Made by a program: the position numbers and the translations under genes. 64,000 nucleotides of DNA, from positions 81,123 through 145,122 of IMG/VR virus record IMGVR_UViG_3300010049_000011; one strand, given 5' to 3'. Shown in pieces: positions 47,864 through 58,046 of the stretch (positions are counted from its first letter, which is position 1; each line of letters opens with the position of its first letter). This stretch comes from a virus. Taxonomy: Duplodnaviria > Caudoviricetes. The notes under the pieces are model-generated. The model saw nothing but the letters and a program-made list of their open reading frames with translations, searched no databases and had not been told where the DNA came from.

Positions 47864-48067
47864 ATGGCAGGAAGGCCTAAGAAAGAAATCAAGCATCCGG
47901 CGTACTTTACGGTGTACGAAGACCCAATATTCCCTGGAAGGTGGAACGCTAGCGCTAGCGATTCTTCTTGCGCCTACAGCTGCTTTAATACTCCACAGGA
48001 GATGGCTGATTACGTGAAATCGAAGCACCCTAGTTCTGATATAAAAATAAGGGGGAAGGATGCCTAA
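47864..48067 (+). CDS. Small hypothetical protein inserted between polymerase fragments 2 and 3
   Basis: GAGGAG SD; 67 aa; its end overlaps the start of fragment 3. Confidence 0.6.
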   Translation: MAGRPKKEIKHPAYFTVYEDPIFPGRWNASASDSSCAYSCFNTPQEMADYVKSKHPSSDIKIRGKDA

Positions 48068-49217
48068 AGGAGGTCTAATTGGTTATCAGGATTTTAGTAC
48101 CCTTGAAATTCGCGTAATGGCTGCTTTGTCTAAGGACGAAGGTCTTATAAAGATCCTCAACTCTGGAGCCGACCTTCACTGCTCAACGGCTCAACAGATA
48201 TGGCCTAGTGAATTGGCAGGTAAATCTATTGAAGAGATTAAAGAGAAGTATGCCGAACACCGCAGTCGGGCTAAAGCCGCGATTTTCGGTATCGCGTACG
48301 GAGCTAGTGCTAATAGCTTGTCAGAGAGTTTTAACATCTCTCTAGCAGAAGCCCAGGGAATTGTTGATGGGTTGTTCCAAGGTTTCCCTGGGATCCCTGA
48401 GTTTATAAAAGAAAGCCACGCTCACGCAATAAAGCACGGATACGTCGTGACCGCTTTGGGTAGGAAAGTATTGATCCCCGACGCTTTGATAGACCTGAAC
48501 GATAAGACTAAGGTGGGTCTAAGAAACCATGCCCTAAGATTCAGCCAGAACGTCCGGATACAATCTCCGAGCTCTGAATTAGCGTACATCTGTTCGTCGC
48601 ATATCTGGGACGATTTTAAACTCTTAGGCATGAGATCTCGCTTACTGGGGTCTGTCCACGACTCAATAGAGTGCGACATATACCCAGGAGAACTGATAGA
48701 TCAGCTATACATCTATAAGTATCACGGAGAGATAGTTCCAAACACAATATATCCTTGGTTAAACGGGATAAAGATGAAGACTGATCAGGAGACGGGAGTG
48801 TCTTGGGGGCGCGGAGTAGAGGTTAAAAGATTCGGGTTTACCAAGGACCTAAACTACTTCGACGTTGTATACTCAGGAGGCAACACTAATATAAGACAGA
48901 TGCTCGAAGAGATGGATGGGTATTACGACTATGAAGTTATAGATAGGCTCGATAAAGACCCTTATGAAAAACCAGAGAACACTGTCTTAGAGCCCAACAC
49001 TCACGACGTCAAGATAACTCTGAGGTTAAAGAATAACTCGAGAGTGCTAAACCGAGAAACTGGGTTGATGGAATTTAAAAGCAAGTACCACATAGGAGAC
49101 CATACTAAGCTCGGACCGATACCCCCTTTTGGGGACATTGATCTCGATATTCAACAGGAACGAGACAGATCTGCTCAGAAAGAGTATCTTGAAGATGCAG
49201 TACACCAACTCAGATAG
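48060..49217 (+). CDS. polA: DNA polymerase A, fragment 3: palm and fingers (motifs A, B, C)
   Basis: DFSTLEIRV (A), DLH..TA, RSRAKAAIFGIAYG (B), N..IQS, VHDSIE (C). Confidence 0.93.
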   Translation: MPKGGLIGYQDFSTLEIRVMAALSKDEGLIKILNSGADLHCSTAQQIWPSELAGKSIEEIKEKYAEHRSRAKAAIFGIAYGASANSLSESFNISLAEAQGIVDGLFQGFPGIPEFIKESHAHAIKHGYVVTALGRKVLIPDALIDLNDKTKVGLRNHALRFSQNVRIQSPSSELAYICSSHIWDDFKLLGMRSRLLGSVHDSIECDIYPGELIDQLYIYKYHGEIVPNTIYPWLNGIKMKTDQETGVSWGRGVEVKRFGFTKDLNYFDVVYSGGNTNIRQMLEEMDGYYDYEVIDRLDKDPYEKPENTVLEPNTHDVKITLRLKNNSRVLNRETGLMEFKSKYHIGDHTKLGPIPPFGDIDLDIQQERDRSAQKEYLEDAVHQLR

Positions 49218-50101
49218 GGAGATAAATAATGCTGACAAGCGACGAACTAAATCAAGTATGTCCAACAGAATTCAACCCGAAGTTGAAGAAAGTAATCGTA
49301 TATTATGAGGAAGTTGAGGGAGAATACCCTAACGTGGTAAACGTACACTCCAGCCAACTCTCTAAAGGAGATCTTATAGAACTGTTCTCTAGATGCAGAG
49401 ATTTTGTGGAGGACTTGTGATGGAAAACAAGATTAAGAAACTTAACCTAACACCCGGAGAAGGTGGAGGACCTGTAGATGAGAGTGATAAGGATCGTGCA
49501 GAGAACGGGTTCAGAGGAATTTATAACGATTATTGGTTGAATTCTCCGATAGAAACTATTCCAATACTCTATAAGGCCTTAGAGAACGCTCGTACGGAAC
49601 CTACTAGACTTTCGTTAGTGACTGAATTAGAGCTACTTATAGGTTCAACAGAGCAATGCCACTGGATAATAGATTTAGGAGAACAGCAGAAAGCTGTAGA
49701 CTTCTGGGTAGATTTTTTCTCAAATCTAGATGCAACGATAGAGGAAGTCTTTGTGGAGAACCATCTCGAATACAGCCTATTAAAAATAAAGATAGAGCAT
49801 AAGGCGTTTCCTGGGGGTATTAGATTTACATCCCAACCTAACGGAAACTTAAACGAGGAGAAAACTGTACGTGAGAATAGTTAATATAAGTCTAGACGCA
49901 ACTGACTACAACGAGAAGGAAGTGGTATACGAAACTTCGAACCTCGAAGACCTAACGGATAAACAAGTTCAAAGAACCAGAGAGATTCTCATGGACGTAA
50001 CTAGGAAGCTCTGGCAGATCCAGCAGGATAGAAGTCCCGTAGCAGGCAAGAACGGTAATAGAGGAAAGTAAGCATTCTACGTCTCTGAAAGAGAGAATAC
50101 T

Positions 50102-50386
50102 ATGACTGACTTACTCAACCTCACGCCCGAGCCGTGTAAGGCTTGCAACAGAGGCATTAAACGTGGTAAAATCTACACAACTCCTAAAGGCACTCAATCA
50201 CTACCTATAATAAAAGAGGTAGAGGGGTTACACTACGCTCGATGCTCTAACACAAACTGCACTAAATACGACCTATACGAATTCCTTGGAAGAGACCCTC
50301 TCCACGCGCTTAAGGTGTGGAACGACGCCATGATTAGTTGGAAGGATAACAGGTTAGTTCGAGATAGGAAGAAGGAATCTAAATAG
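50102..50386 (+). CDS. Small Zn-ribbon protein
   Basis: PCKAC ... CSNTNC ... A...WN. Confidence 0.5.
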   Translation: MTDLLNLTPEPCKACNRGIKRGKIYTTPKGTQSLPIIKEVEGLHYARCSNTNCTKYDLYEFLGRDPLHALKVWNDAMISWKDNRLVRDRKKESK

Positions 50387-50883
50387 TGTTCCACGTTACA
50401 ATAGATCCTCACACCAACGAGACTGTAATACACCACTACATCGGAGCTCTCACTCAAAAATTTCTCCACTGTAAGATACGATGGTTGGATCAATAAGGAA
50501 TGGCCTTCTCTAAAAATTTGTCTAGACTCTAAGAATATACCTCTACCTACTCATCTAACAGAGATACAGGAAGTAGATGGAAAATTAATAACTAAATCTG
50601 TCAGAGTGGAGTCTTACAATTCAAACATCTAGGAGTGAGGGAAAAGTCGCTCAAGAACCAGACCCACCTTACCTTCTGTATCTTAAAACTCTAAAAACGA
50701 AGACACAAATATTGTAATATTGTTGTCTAGTTTGCTGACTCTCGTAACACAGTAAACTTACAACTGAAAGGAATATCTAGGGTTTGCAAGAGAATCTACT
50801 AGAGTCTTAGAGAAGATGTTCTGAGTATTCTGCGATAGTAATGTTGTGCTGTTCTTGGGGGGGTGCGAGATCTGGTTCAACCG

Positions 50884-50922
50884 AACTTTCCGCTTGCCTT
50901 TTGGAAAGAACCAAGCTATAGT
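50884..50922 (+). promoter_or_regulatory. Early sigma70-type promoter repeat, copy 5 (no upstream CTTTGCTAGG box)
   Basis: TTGCCT (50894) -17- TATAGT (50917). Confidence 0.8.
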
Positions 50923-50959
50923 TGAAGTTATAGAGCAACAAAGAAAGGAAACGGAAAAC

Positions 50960-51382
50960 ATGTTTGAAGTTGAGCAAAAAGTAAAAGTAAAACCAAGAGA
51001 CGTATCAAATCTCTCTGAACACGAAGGTAAGACTGGGTTTGTGTTTGGCTACGGACCGGAAGATATCGTGGCCGTGATGCTCTACAAAACCGGCGAAGTA
51101 ATTGTAGCCCACTACAGCTGCTTCGAGAAAGAAGAGGGTTTTACGTGCGTACACGAGACATTAAACTACGACCCCAAGACAGAACTTTTTCGCAACGCCG
51201 ATAACTCCTTGGTGTTTGACAAGCACATGAATCAGTTTGGAAACCCACACGTTGAACTGAAGCATGGGAGGAAAGAAAAGACGTTTATGCTGACCTCTAA
51301 GGCTCGCGGCGGTGGGCACTGTGAATTCCACGTGGACGAGATAGACGGTCTTATAGAAAAGCTTAAACGGATCAAAGGCTAG
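50960..51382 (+). CDS. Hypothetical early protein (KOW/SH3-like N-terminus)
   Basis: ATG 50960 downstream of promoter copy 5. Confidence 0.5.
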   Translation: MFEVEQKVKVKPRDVSNLSEHEGKTGFVFGYGPEDIVAVMLYKTGEVIVAHYSCFEKEEGFTCVHETLNYDPKTELFRNADNSLVFDKHMNQFGNPHVELKHGRKEKTFMLTSKARGGGHCEFHVDEIDGLIEKLKRIKG

Positions 51383-52229
51383 AGGGAGGTACGATAAACA
51401 TGACTAATTACGTGAAGAGTAAAATTGGAATAAGCAGACGAATTATATTGTTCGTTCTGAGTTGTATCGAAAGGAGAATATAGTATGAAAAACATAAAGC
51501 CTTGGGTCAAGTGGTTGTTCAAGCTCCCTAACCCGAACAGTAAGGGCCTGGTACCAGTTAATTGGTTCTGGCAATCGTGTTGGGCGTCTATCCTACTCAC
51601 CTCGTTATTGATAGTGTCTCTCGAGGCATACACCAATAAGGTCGCAAACCTGAAGAGTGAGGTGTGTGACTTGAAGCGGGAACTTGAGTTGTCTCGGATT
51701 GATGCGCAGTTCTGGGAACAAGAGTTCAAGAAGCGCGTGAATAGGGAGAAGTAGAGACACGTAAGTAGTTCTACGGATTGTGGAGGATTATATGAATATT
51801 CTTGGGTTGGTTCTTTCTGGCGTCGCTTTAATAGCTCCAACGTTCAGAAAAGAGATACGAGAGTGGTGGAGAAATTACCGAGCCTTTCGCGAATTCGTCA
51901 GAGGATTGGATGGAGAGGAAGACGATTGGTGTTGAGTTTTAAACCGAGAGTGGTGGATTAAGTTCTTCCACTCTTTTTAATTAACATCTACTATATACGA
52001 GAGAGGTATAACGATGACACAAAAACTACTTAAGGCCCTATTGAAGAGACAGGATAGAATAGACGCAGCAGTGTTTAAGAAATACGAACAAGAGATTCGT
52101 CTGTTAAATCTGATCAATGCTATTTCTTCCGCAAAATAAACTTCTACTAATTACGATGTCCCAGGCGAGCCAGTTTTACTCCAGTATTGACTGCAGTACC
52201 CTGGGACTTTTTAATTTATTAATGGAGAG

Positions 52230-52808
52230 GTGATGGATCTCATAGAAGCTAAGAAAGATGAGATCTTGAGGAGAATCGGATCCCTTACAGAATCCTCCAG
52301 CGACCTTGAGCGTAGACATACGTATTATTACGTGAAGAACCTACTAGAGGAGATCACGTCTACAGAGGATCTGAAAGAGTACGTAGAGGAATTCCTTCAA
52401 GCACCTCTAGATGTAGATGGGGGGAGGCACTCTCTCCTCGAGATGGTTACCGTGGCACATAAGAAAGACGGTATAGGTGTTATATTGAGAATATATAACG
52501 ACCACTTCCCTCCACATATCCACGTAGATTCTTACAGCGGCAAGACAATAACTAAGATAGAGCTGCCGCTAAGGCGCCCCGTAAGCGTCTCCGACGTACG
52601 ATCTATAGACAGACACTCCGAATTGAGTCTAAAGTTTAAGAAGAACATATTTGACTGGTTCCAGAGGGAATCTAAGATCTCTGGAAAGAGTAATTGGCTT
52701 TATTGTGTCTGGTCCTGGAATCAAGAGAACTGTGAAAATAGGTTCCAGATAGTTCCTGTTGACGGGAACTACGAGGAGTTTGAGTTAAAAGAAGCCTCTA
52801 TAGCATGA
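52230..52808 (+). CDS. DUF4160-like protein with N-terminal propeptide-like segment
   Basis: LLEM...I.NDHFPPHIHV ... I.DW......W. Confidence 0.6.
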   Translation: MMDLIEAKKDEILRRIGSLTESSSDLERRHTYYYVKNLLEEITSTEDLKEYVEEFLQAPLDVDGGRHSLLEMVTVAHKKDGIGVILRIYNDHFPPHIHVDSYSGKTITKIELPLRRPVSVSDVRSIDRHSELSLKFKKNIFDWFQRESKISGKSNWLYCVWSWNQENCENRFQIVPVDGNYEEFELKEASIA

Positions 52809-52867
52809 GGGTCGTGCAACGGTTTTGTAAACCGTGGGTGTTAGTTCGATTCTGACTAGAGGCACCA
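52794..52867 (+). tRNA. tRNA-Thr(TGT), CCA encoded
   Basis: GCCTCTA/TAGAGGC acceptor, ACGGT-ttTGTaa-ACCGT, GTTCGATTC. Confidence 0.9.
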
Positions 52868-53118
52868 AACAATAATAAAGGAACAATTATGATGTATAAA
52901 ATAAAAAAAAGTTCAGGACCTACTAAATATCCCGGAGGATAAGATCTCCTCTATGCTTGTGGACTTAGAGAGTTGGATAAGGAGTACTAAGGTTAAGAAG
53001 GACTTGATCGATAAAGTACCTGGTGTGGAGTCTTGTGAGTTCGGGTTTACATGGATAGATGATGGAAACCCGGGCAGGAGATCGACTGACACAAGCATAA
53101 TATATAAATAGTTAATAC

Positions 53119-53207
53119 GGATCTGTGGGAGAGAGGTTTAATCCAACGTCTTGGAAAGGCGTCGTACCCACAAGGTACCGTCAGTTCGAATCTGACCAGA
53201 TCCGCCA
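53119..53207 (+). tRNA. tRNA-Ser(GGA), CCA encoded
   Basis: GGATCTG/CAGATCC acceptor, ttGGAaa loop, long variable arm, GTTCGAATC. Confidence 0.93.
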
Positions 53208-53229
53208 TAAATCGTAGGTTCTACTCTCT

Positions 53230-53988
53230 ATGTTGAGATATTATCCCTTTTCAGAGCAAGTAAACCCCAGGCCCTTGGCGTTGTGGCAGTTCGTAGCAGG
53301 AGTTAGTGCCGTGTCAGAGTCTTCTGTCGACAACAACCACTTCGCTAGGTTAGCTACATCAGAATACGACTCTTTTGTGAAGGTCCTCCAGAGAGATTAC
53401 AGGTCTCCTCGAGAAATTCATAATACGGACTATCCAGGGATTGGGTTTGAAGTGAACAACATATTATACAATTTTCTGCCTAGAGGGTCTCTAGGAGAAG
53501 GAAGAGAGTTCGCGACAGATGACGAACACCCTAAGATGGTCCTCTTTGCTCTACTACCGGACCCACGCACCATAGACGTTTCCGTAGTTAACAAAATAAA
53601 ACATAGCAGAGAAGCTGTCGAGCATAAAATAACCCACGTCATGGATCAAGAGAGGGTTTCTGGATCACCGAGTCCTGGAGCTTATTACGAGTCTCCTAAA
53701 GCGTATTATAACGACCCCTTAGAGTATAATGCCTACTCTATGGAAATCCTAAAAACTGTTAGATACTCCCTTAAGCACGAGTGGAATACAAAACAACCCT
53801 CTATAGTGAAGAGAGAAGTTTGTACTTATCTACAGAGAGCTAGGGACGGTGCAGTTGTGTCGGGGTTCAGTAGACCTTTCGTTATGAACCTTACAGAGAA
53901 GAATTACGTTCGATTAGTGAACCGAGTAGTAAACTACGTAGACTACTTCTGGGACCCTAAAAAGAACCAGTATAACGTAGATCTTTAG
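53230..53988 (+). CDS. Zincin-like protein, paralog 1 (HKITH, catalytic Glu lost)
   Basis: Paralog of the next ORF (DYPGIGFEV..ILYNF.PRG; Y.N.PLEYNA). Confidence 0.6.
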   Translation: MLRYYPFSEQVNPRPLALWQFVAGVSAVSESSVDNNHFARLATSEYDSFVKVLQRDYRSPREIHNTDYPGIGFEVNNILYNFLPRGSLGEGREFATDDEHPKMVLFALLPDPRTIDVSVVNKIKHSREAVEHKITHVMDQERVSGSPSPGAYYESPKAYYNDPLEYNAYSMEILKTVRYSLKHEWNTKQPSIVKREVCTYLQRARDGAVVSGFSRPFVMNLTEKNYVRLVNRVVNYVDYFWDPKKNQYNVDL

Positions 53989-54001
53989 GTTCTACTCTCT
54001 A

Positions 54002-54760
54002 ATGCCTGTCACTAGCTCTAAAACTAAACATGCACCGAGAAGGAAACTCTCTACGTGGGAATTTATTGCAGGTATGTGCGAAGGTCTTTACGAATCTGTC
54101 GAGGAAAATAAGCATTTTAGGAAACTAGCAGACAAACATTACTCTATATTCCTTAATAAATTAGAGCGAAATTTTGATGATCCGGAGGTTATTGAGAACT
54201 CGGACTATCCAGGGATCGGGTTTGAAGTAGATAGCATCCTATACAACTTCCAGCCTAGAGGTAAGATCAAAGGAGCCTACGGAGTAGACGAGAACAATCC
54301 TAACATGATAATCCTCCCAATACTAGACGATCCTGCAGTTATAAGCTGGAGTAACGTTAAGAAGGTCAGGGAGGAATCTGACGCGATCACTCACGAATTA
54401 ATACACGTTATGAACTTTAGGAGATCTGAAGGACGAGCCAGAGCAGACGATTCAGGAGAAAGTGATGAGAGATATTTTAACAACCCCCTGGAGTATAACG
54501 CATTTTCTCACGAGATAATAGATCTAGCGAGGAAGAACGTAAAGTCCCTGAAAGACGCTGGTGAGTCCTTTATTAGAGCGAAGGCTAGAGTATTGGGTTT
54601 CCTTCAACTTGGGAGAGAAGGTAAACCTGGTGGGTATCGAGAGGATTTCTTATCTAATATATCTGAGAAGAACTATAAGAGACTTGTAGATAGAGTACTC
54701 ACTCACGTGGAGGATGTGTACGTTCAATCACAAGGCCATAATGGAGAATTACCTAAGTGA
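54002..54760 (+). CDS. Zincin-like metallopeptidase, paralog 2 (HELIH)
   Basis: HELIH plus downstream YFNNPLEYNA (third-ligand Glu). Confidence 0.65.
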   Translation: MPVTSSKTKHAPRRKLSTWEFIAGMCEGLYESVEENKHFRKLADKHYSIFLNKLERNFDDPEVIENSDYPGIGFEVDSILYNFQPRGKIKGAYGVDENNPNMIILPILDDPAVISWSNVKKVREESDAITHELIHVMNFRRSEGRARADDSGESDERYFNNPLEYNAFSHEIIDLARKNVKSLKDAGESFIRAKARVLGFLQLGREGKPGGYREDFLSNISEKNYKRLVDRVLTHVEDVYVQSQGHNGELPK

Positions 54761-54929
54761 AGTGTAAACAATGTAATACTAAACTAAGCACCTTCGACTT
54801 CCAGCAAGGGAAGTGTCTGAATTGCCAGCAGTATCTCACTGACTGGGAAAAGAACCAATTACTAAGAGAGTGGAAGAGAGATAGTTGGTTGAACCAGATC
54901 GGGTTTATGAGATGGGGGGGGATGCTTAA

Positions 54930-55301
54930 GTGAGTGTTTTAGTCTTAAACAAGAACTGTACTCTAATGTTCTCTTCTCCTCTAGTAGCAGGTACTGCAGA
55001 GTTCGAATCTGGAGAGTCTCCTAATGTCTACATAGAGAATTCAGAGGTCTTACTAGACCAATCTAACTTCACAGTCTCTGGTTGCGACGACGGGGTCAGT
55101 CTTCAGAATGCTCCAGAAGTACATCCTTTCCCTGCTGCTGTAGTTAAGACTTCCTTAGTGAATAATAAATCTCCTCTCTCTATAGATGATGTTTTAGAGG
55201 GAGTAGTTCAGGGGACTAACAAAACGACCGGATCTCCGGCCCCGATCAGCTTTAAGTTCACCGTATCGAATGCTGGTCAGTCTACCGTCTTCGCTTCGTA
55301 A
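54930..55301 (+). CDS. Putative baseplate spike-tip (PAAR-like) protein
   Basis: Small beta-rich protein with V.I....VL, V...PL..DD and C-terminal AGQSTV.A. Confidence 0.5.
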   Translation: MSVLVLNKNCTLMFSSPLVAGTAEFESGESPNVYIENSEVLLDQSNFTVSGCDDGVSLQNAPEVHPFPAAVVKTSLVNNKSPLSIDDVLEGVVQGTNKTTGSPAPISFKFTVSNAGQSTVFAS

Positions 55302-55303
55302 CC

Positions 55304-55385
55304 AAATTTATTTAACACCTTTGCTAGGTTCTTAGTTCAAAAACCAAATTTTCCGCTTGACTTTTGGAAAGAAATGTGCTATAGT
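55304..55385 (+). promoter_or_regulatory. Early sigma70-type promoter repeat, copy 6
   Basis: TTGACT (55357) -17- TATAGT (55380); CTTTGCTAGG at 55319-55328. Confidence 0.85.
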
Positions 55386-55415
55386 TGAAGTTATGAAAAG
55401 CAATAGGAGGATAGT

Positions 55416-55622
55416 ATGGCAACGCCATTGACAGTAGGGCAGTTAATAGAGCACTTGCGTGCCCTACCGCAAGACTTACCAGTTCGTATATCTCGTTTCG
55501 ACGAGCACTGCGACTATGGCGGTTGCACGCAGGATCATGATTTGGAGTTAAGCGATATTTCTATCCACCGCAGCTTTCCTCCAGCTAGGGAGCCACAAGC
55601 AGTAGTAATATACGGAGGCTAG
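55416..55622 (+). CDS. Small conserved phage protein
   Basis: LTVGQLIEHLRALPQDLPV motif; AGGAGG SD. Confidence 0.6.
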   Translation: MATPLTVGQLIEHLRALPQDLPVRISRFDEHCDYGGCTQDHDLELSDISIHRSFPPAREPQAVVIYGG

Positions 55623-56462
55623 TATGGAACGAACAAGACCGGTATATTACTTCGGGAAGAAGATTAAGAAGAAACCTTTGAACAACTACAGCACCTTAGG
55701 TCTGTGGAGGAACTATCGCGTAGGTTCTGTCGTAAGATTCAGATTAGGCCCAAGTAAGATTGTTGAAGGTAAGATCGGTTACGGACCGTTTAGGGACGTC
55801 GTCTACCGCAAGATTGCCTACTTTGTTCATGTTGATGGTTTTAAGTACGAAGTGCTCGAAGAAAAATTTATTAAGGATTAGCGTAACTGTGAATAATAGA
55901 CAGAACAAGTACGAACTAACACGTAAAGAACGAGAGCTACTAAAGAGAATATTACTCTCTGAGGAGAGAACTAAGCAGCTCAACGTTAGATTCTGTGAAT
56001 CGATTTTCTCTAGATTGAAGATCCCTGACCTAGCTAGGAACATACTACATAATAGGAATCACAAAGACTTCGAGAAGATACTGGCTTACTACTTTAAGTT
56101 AGCTAAGAAAATTCTCGAATCAACCAACTAAAGGAAGGACAACAACATGAGTAATGCAACAGTGTTCCAAGAGTCGTACAAAGAAGGCTACAGCAAAGGC
56201 AGGAAGGACTCCGGTCATAACGCTACTACATGTAGTGTAGTCCCTCGAAGCGATAAGGTAGACAACTACTTAAGAAACAACAAAGCTAGTTCTTCTGATG
56301 ACGCTCGAAGGCTTGGCTACAGCGCAGGGTATGCAGATGGTAAGAACGGCAGAGGAACCTTCTTCTAGACAACCATGAATAAGATGAAACAACTCAACGT
56401 GCTATATTATTACCCCACTCAGGTAGGTGAATAGGTCGTTGCACGTACAGTCGATTTGTCGT

Positions 56463-56496
56463 AAGGCCCTATTCAAAAGTCGAGTAGGGCCTTTTT
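56463..56496 (+). terminator. Rho-independent terminator
   Basis: AAGGCCCTATTC...GAGTAGGGCCTT followed by a T run. Confidence 0.75.
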
Positions 56497-56526
56497 GTGG
56501 TCTAGTTAAACATCGTGAATAAGAAA

Positions 56527-56609
56527 GCTCCCTTGGTGAAATTGGTATACACGCCAGATTTAGGTTCTGGTCCGAGAGGGTGTAAGTTCAAGTCTTACAG
56601 GGAGCACCA
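56527..56609 (+). tRNA. tRNA-Leu(TAG), CCA encoded
   Basis: GCTCCCT/AGGGAGC acceptor, CCAGA-ttTAGgt-TCTGG, variable arm. Confidence 0.9.
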
Positions 56610-56771
56610 AGCTTAGGTATGGCCTAAAGACGTGGAGAGTGTGATTAGACGGTGTAGATATCTAGATCCCTAATTGCGAATATAGTCTGAAATAACTCCA
56701 AGATAGTTAAGGCGCGTCCTCGCGGGAGAGGCGAGCTGTGTACTTAGTCGATACACTACCTAAAACAAGTT

Positions 56772-56847
56772 CGGAAAATATATCAATTGGTAGATTGCAT
56801 GGTTTGGGTCCATGTGGCTCCGAGTTCGAGTCTCGGTTTTCCGACCA
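56772..56847 (+). tRNA. tRNA-Pro(TGG), CCA encoded
   Basis: CGGAAAA/TTTTCCG acceptor, CATGG-ttTGGgt-CCATG, GTTCGAGTC. Confidence 0.9.
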
Positions 56848-56848
56848 A

Positions 56849-56936
56849 GGAAGAGTATTCTGATAGAGGGTCAGAGCAGTCTGTAAAACTGAGGCTTTAA
56901 TTGGTTCCGTAGGTGCGTCTCCTACCTCTTCCACCA
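56849..56936 (+). tRNA. tRNA-Tyr(GTA), CCA encoded, atypical T-loop
   Basis: GGAAGAG/CTCTTCC acceptor, ctGTAaa loop, long variable arm, T-loop TGCGTCT. Confidence 0.8.
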
Positions 56937-57400
56937 ATAACTTACAAGATCGTTCTCTATTACATGTTCGACCGTAAAAACGCATTACTAATGTACGCAG
57001 AGACTGAACACGATATCCTCCTGGGATACGTTGTAGGAGTACATGGGGGATTTAGGCTAGAGCTCTTGAAGAGATATAGAGATAGGTTTAGGAGGATGCC
57101 TAACGTTGTTGGTTACTGGGACGAAGAGTCTAGACTTGAGAATGTGGAGATCCCTGCTGGTGCCTACTACACTTTAGAGGGTGTTGCTCACTACAATTCG
57201 CGAGACGGTGTACTTTGGAACATTAAAAACCTAAGGATGGCTTCAGAGAAGGAAATAGAGGAATACGAACACCACAGAAAGTGGAATAAGAAAACATACG
57301 ACTGGATCTGTGATACATATTAGCGGTCATCTCGACGGTTGTACTTACCCTCGTTAAATAGATGACCTACGTGTTGTGGCGGTATCTAGTAAACAGTTTC

Positions 57401-57476
57401 TGGTAAGTAGCACAGCGGTAGTTGCTACGGTCTGTTAATCGAGTGGTCATGTGTTCGAATCACATCTTGCCAGCCA
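57401..57476 (+). tRNA. tRNA-Asn(GTT), imperfect anticodon stem
   Basis: TGGTAAG/CTTGCCA-G-CCA, ctGTTaa, GTTCGAATC; the anticodon stem pairs only with a 1-nt shift. Confidence 0.65.
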
Positions 57477-58046
57477 TTTCTTCTAAGTTTCCATGAAGAT
57501 TCACCAACACACATTCGAACAGATTTCAGTTAAAGATTTTATGTCTGAGCTAAAGAAAGTAGAGACGTCCGGCAGAAAGGTGTGTGGGATGTCGTATAGA
57601 GGACATCTAAAGGAAGGTAAGATCGAGTATTCCGGTGAGATCTACGATTTCAAAAAGGCTATACAGAAGTGAGTACTCAGAATCCTCGAACGACTCTCAA
57701 TAATCTAGAGAAGCAACTAGTTAACACGACGGACTGCGTTAAGAGGCTCAATATAGAGAAACGTATAAAAGAGATTAGATCCTCTATAGCTCAAGAGAAA
57801 GAAGAGCATGTTAAACGTAAATACAAGAGTTATGTAAAGTGAAGTGTCCCCACGGCTGCAGTAAGAAAGACTTAGGATTACAAGATTTCTTCTTTAGGCA
57901 GTGCTGTGGTTGTAAGACTCTATTAAGCCCTAATCAGATGGATACTCTCTATGAAGAGATTAAGGCTATGAATCACGCTAAAGCTCTCCACGTAGCAGAC
58001 AACGTCAGAGGTCCTGTTAAACAATAATCTTCTACGAATCAATCAA

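Noticed and set aside
47800-48060. Group I intron joining polymerase fragments 2 and 3
   Set aside because: No recognisable P7 or other core elements; the interval holds an ORF with its own SD and fragment 3 has its own start. Not formally excluded without RT-PCR.
54914-54921. G8 tract as a phase-variable frameshift
   Set aside because: The small Zn-ribbon ORF from 54757 reads through it in frame to a stop coupled with the next gene's start, so nothing is disrupted.
56707-56985. Minus-strand 92-aa ORF and the 5' part of ORF 56913
   Set aside because: They overlap the tRNA-Pro and tRNA-Tyr genes.
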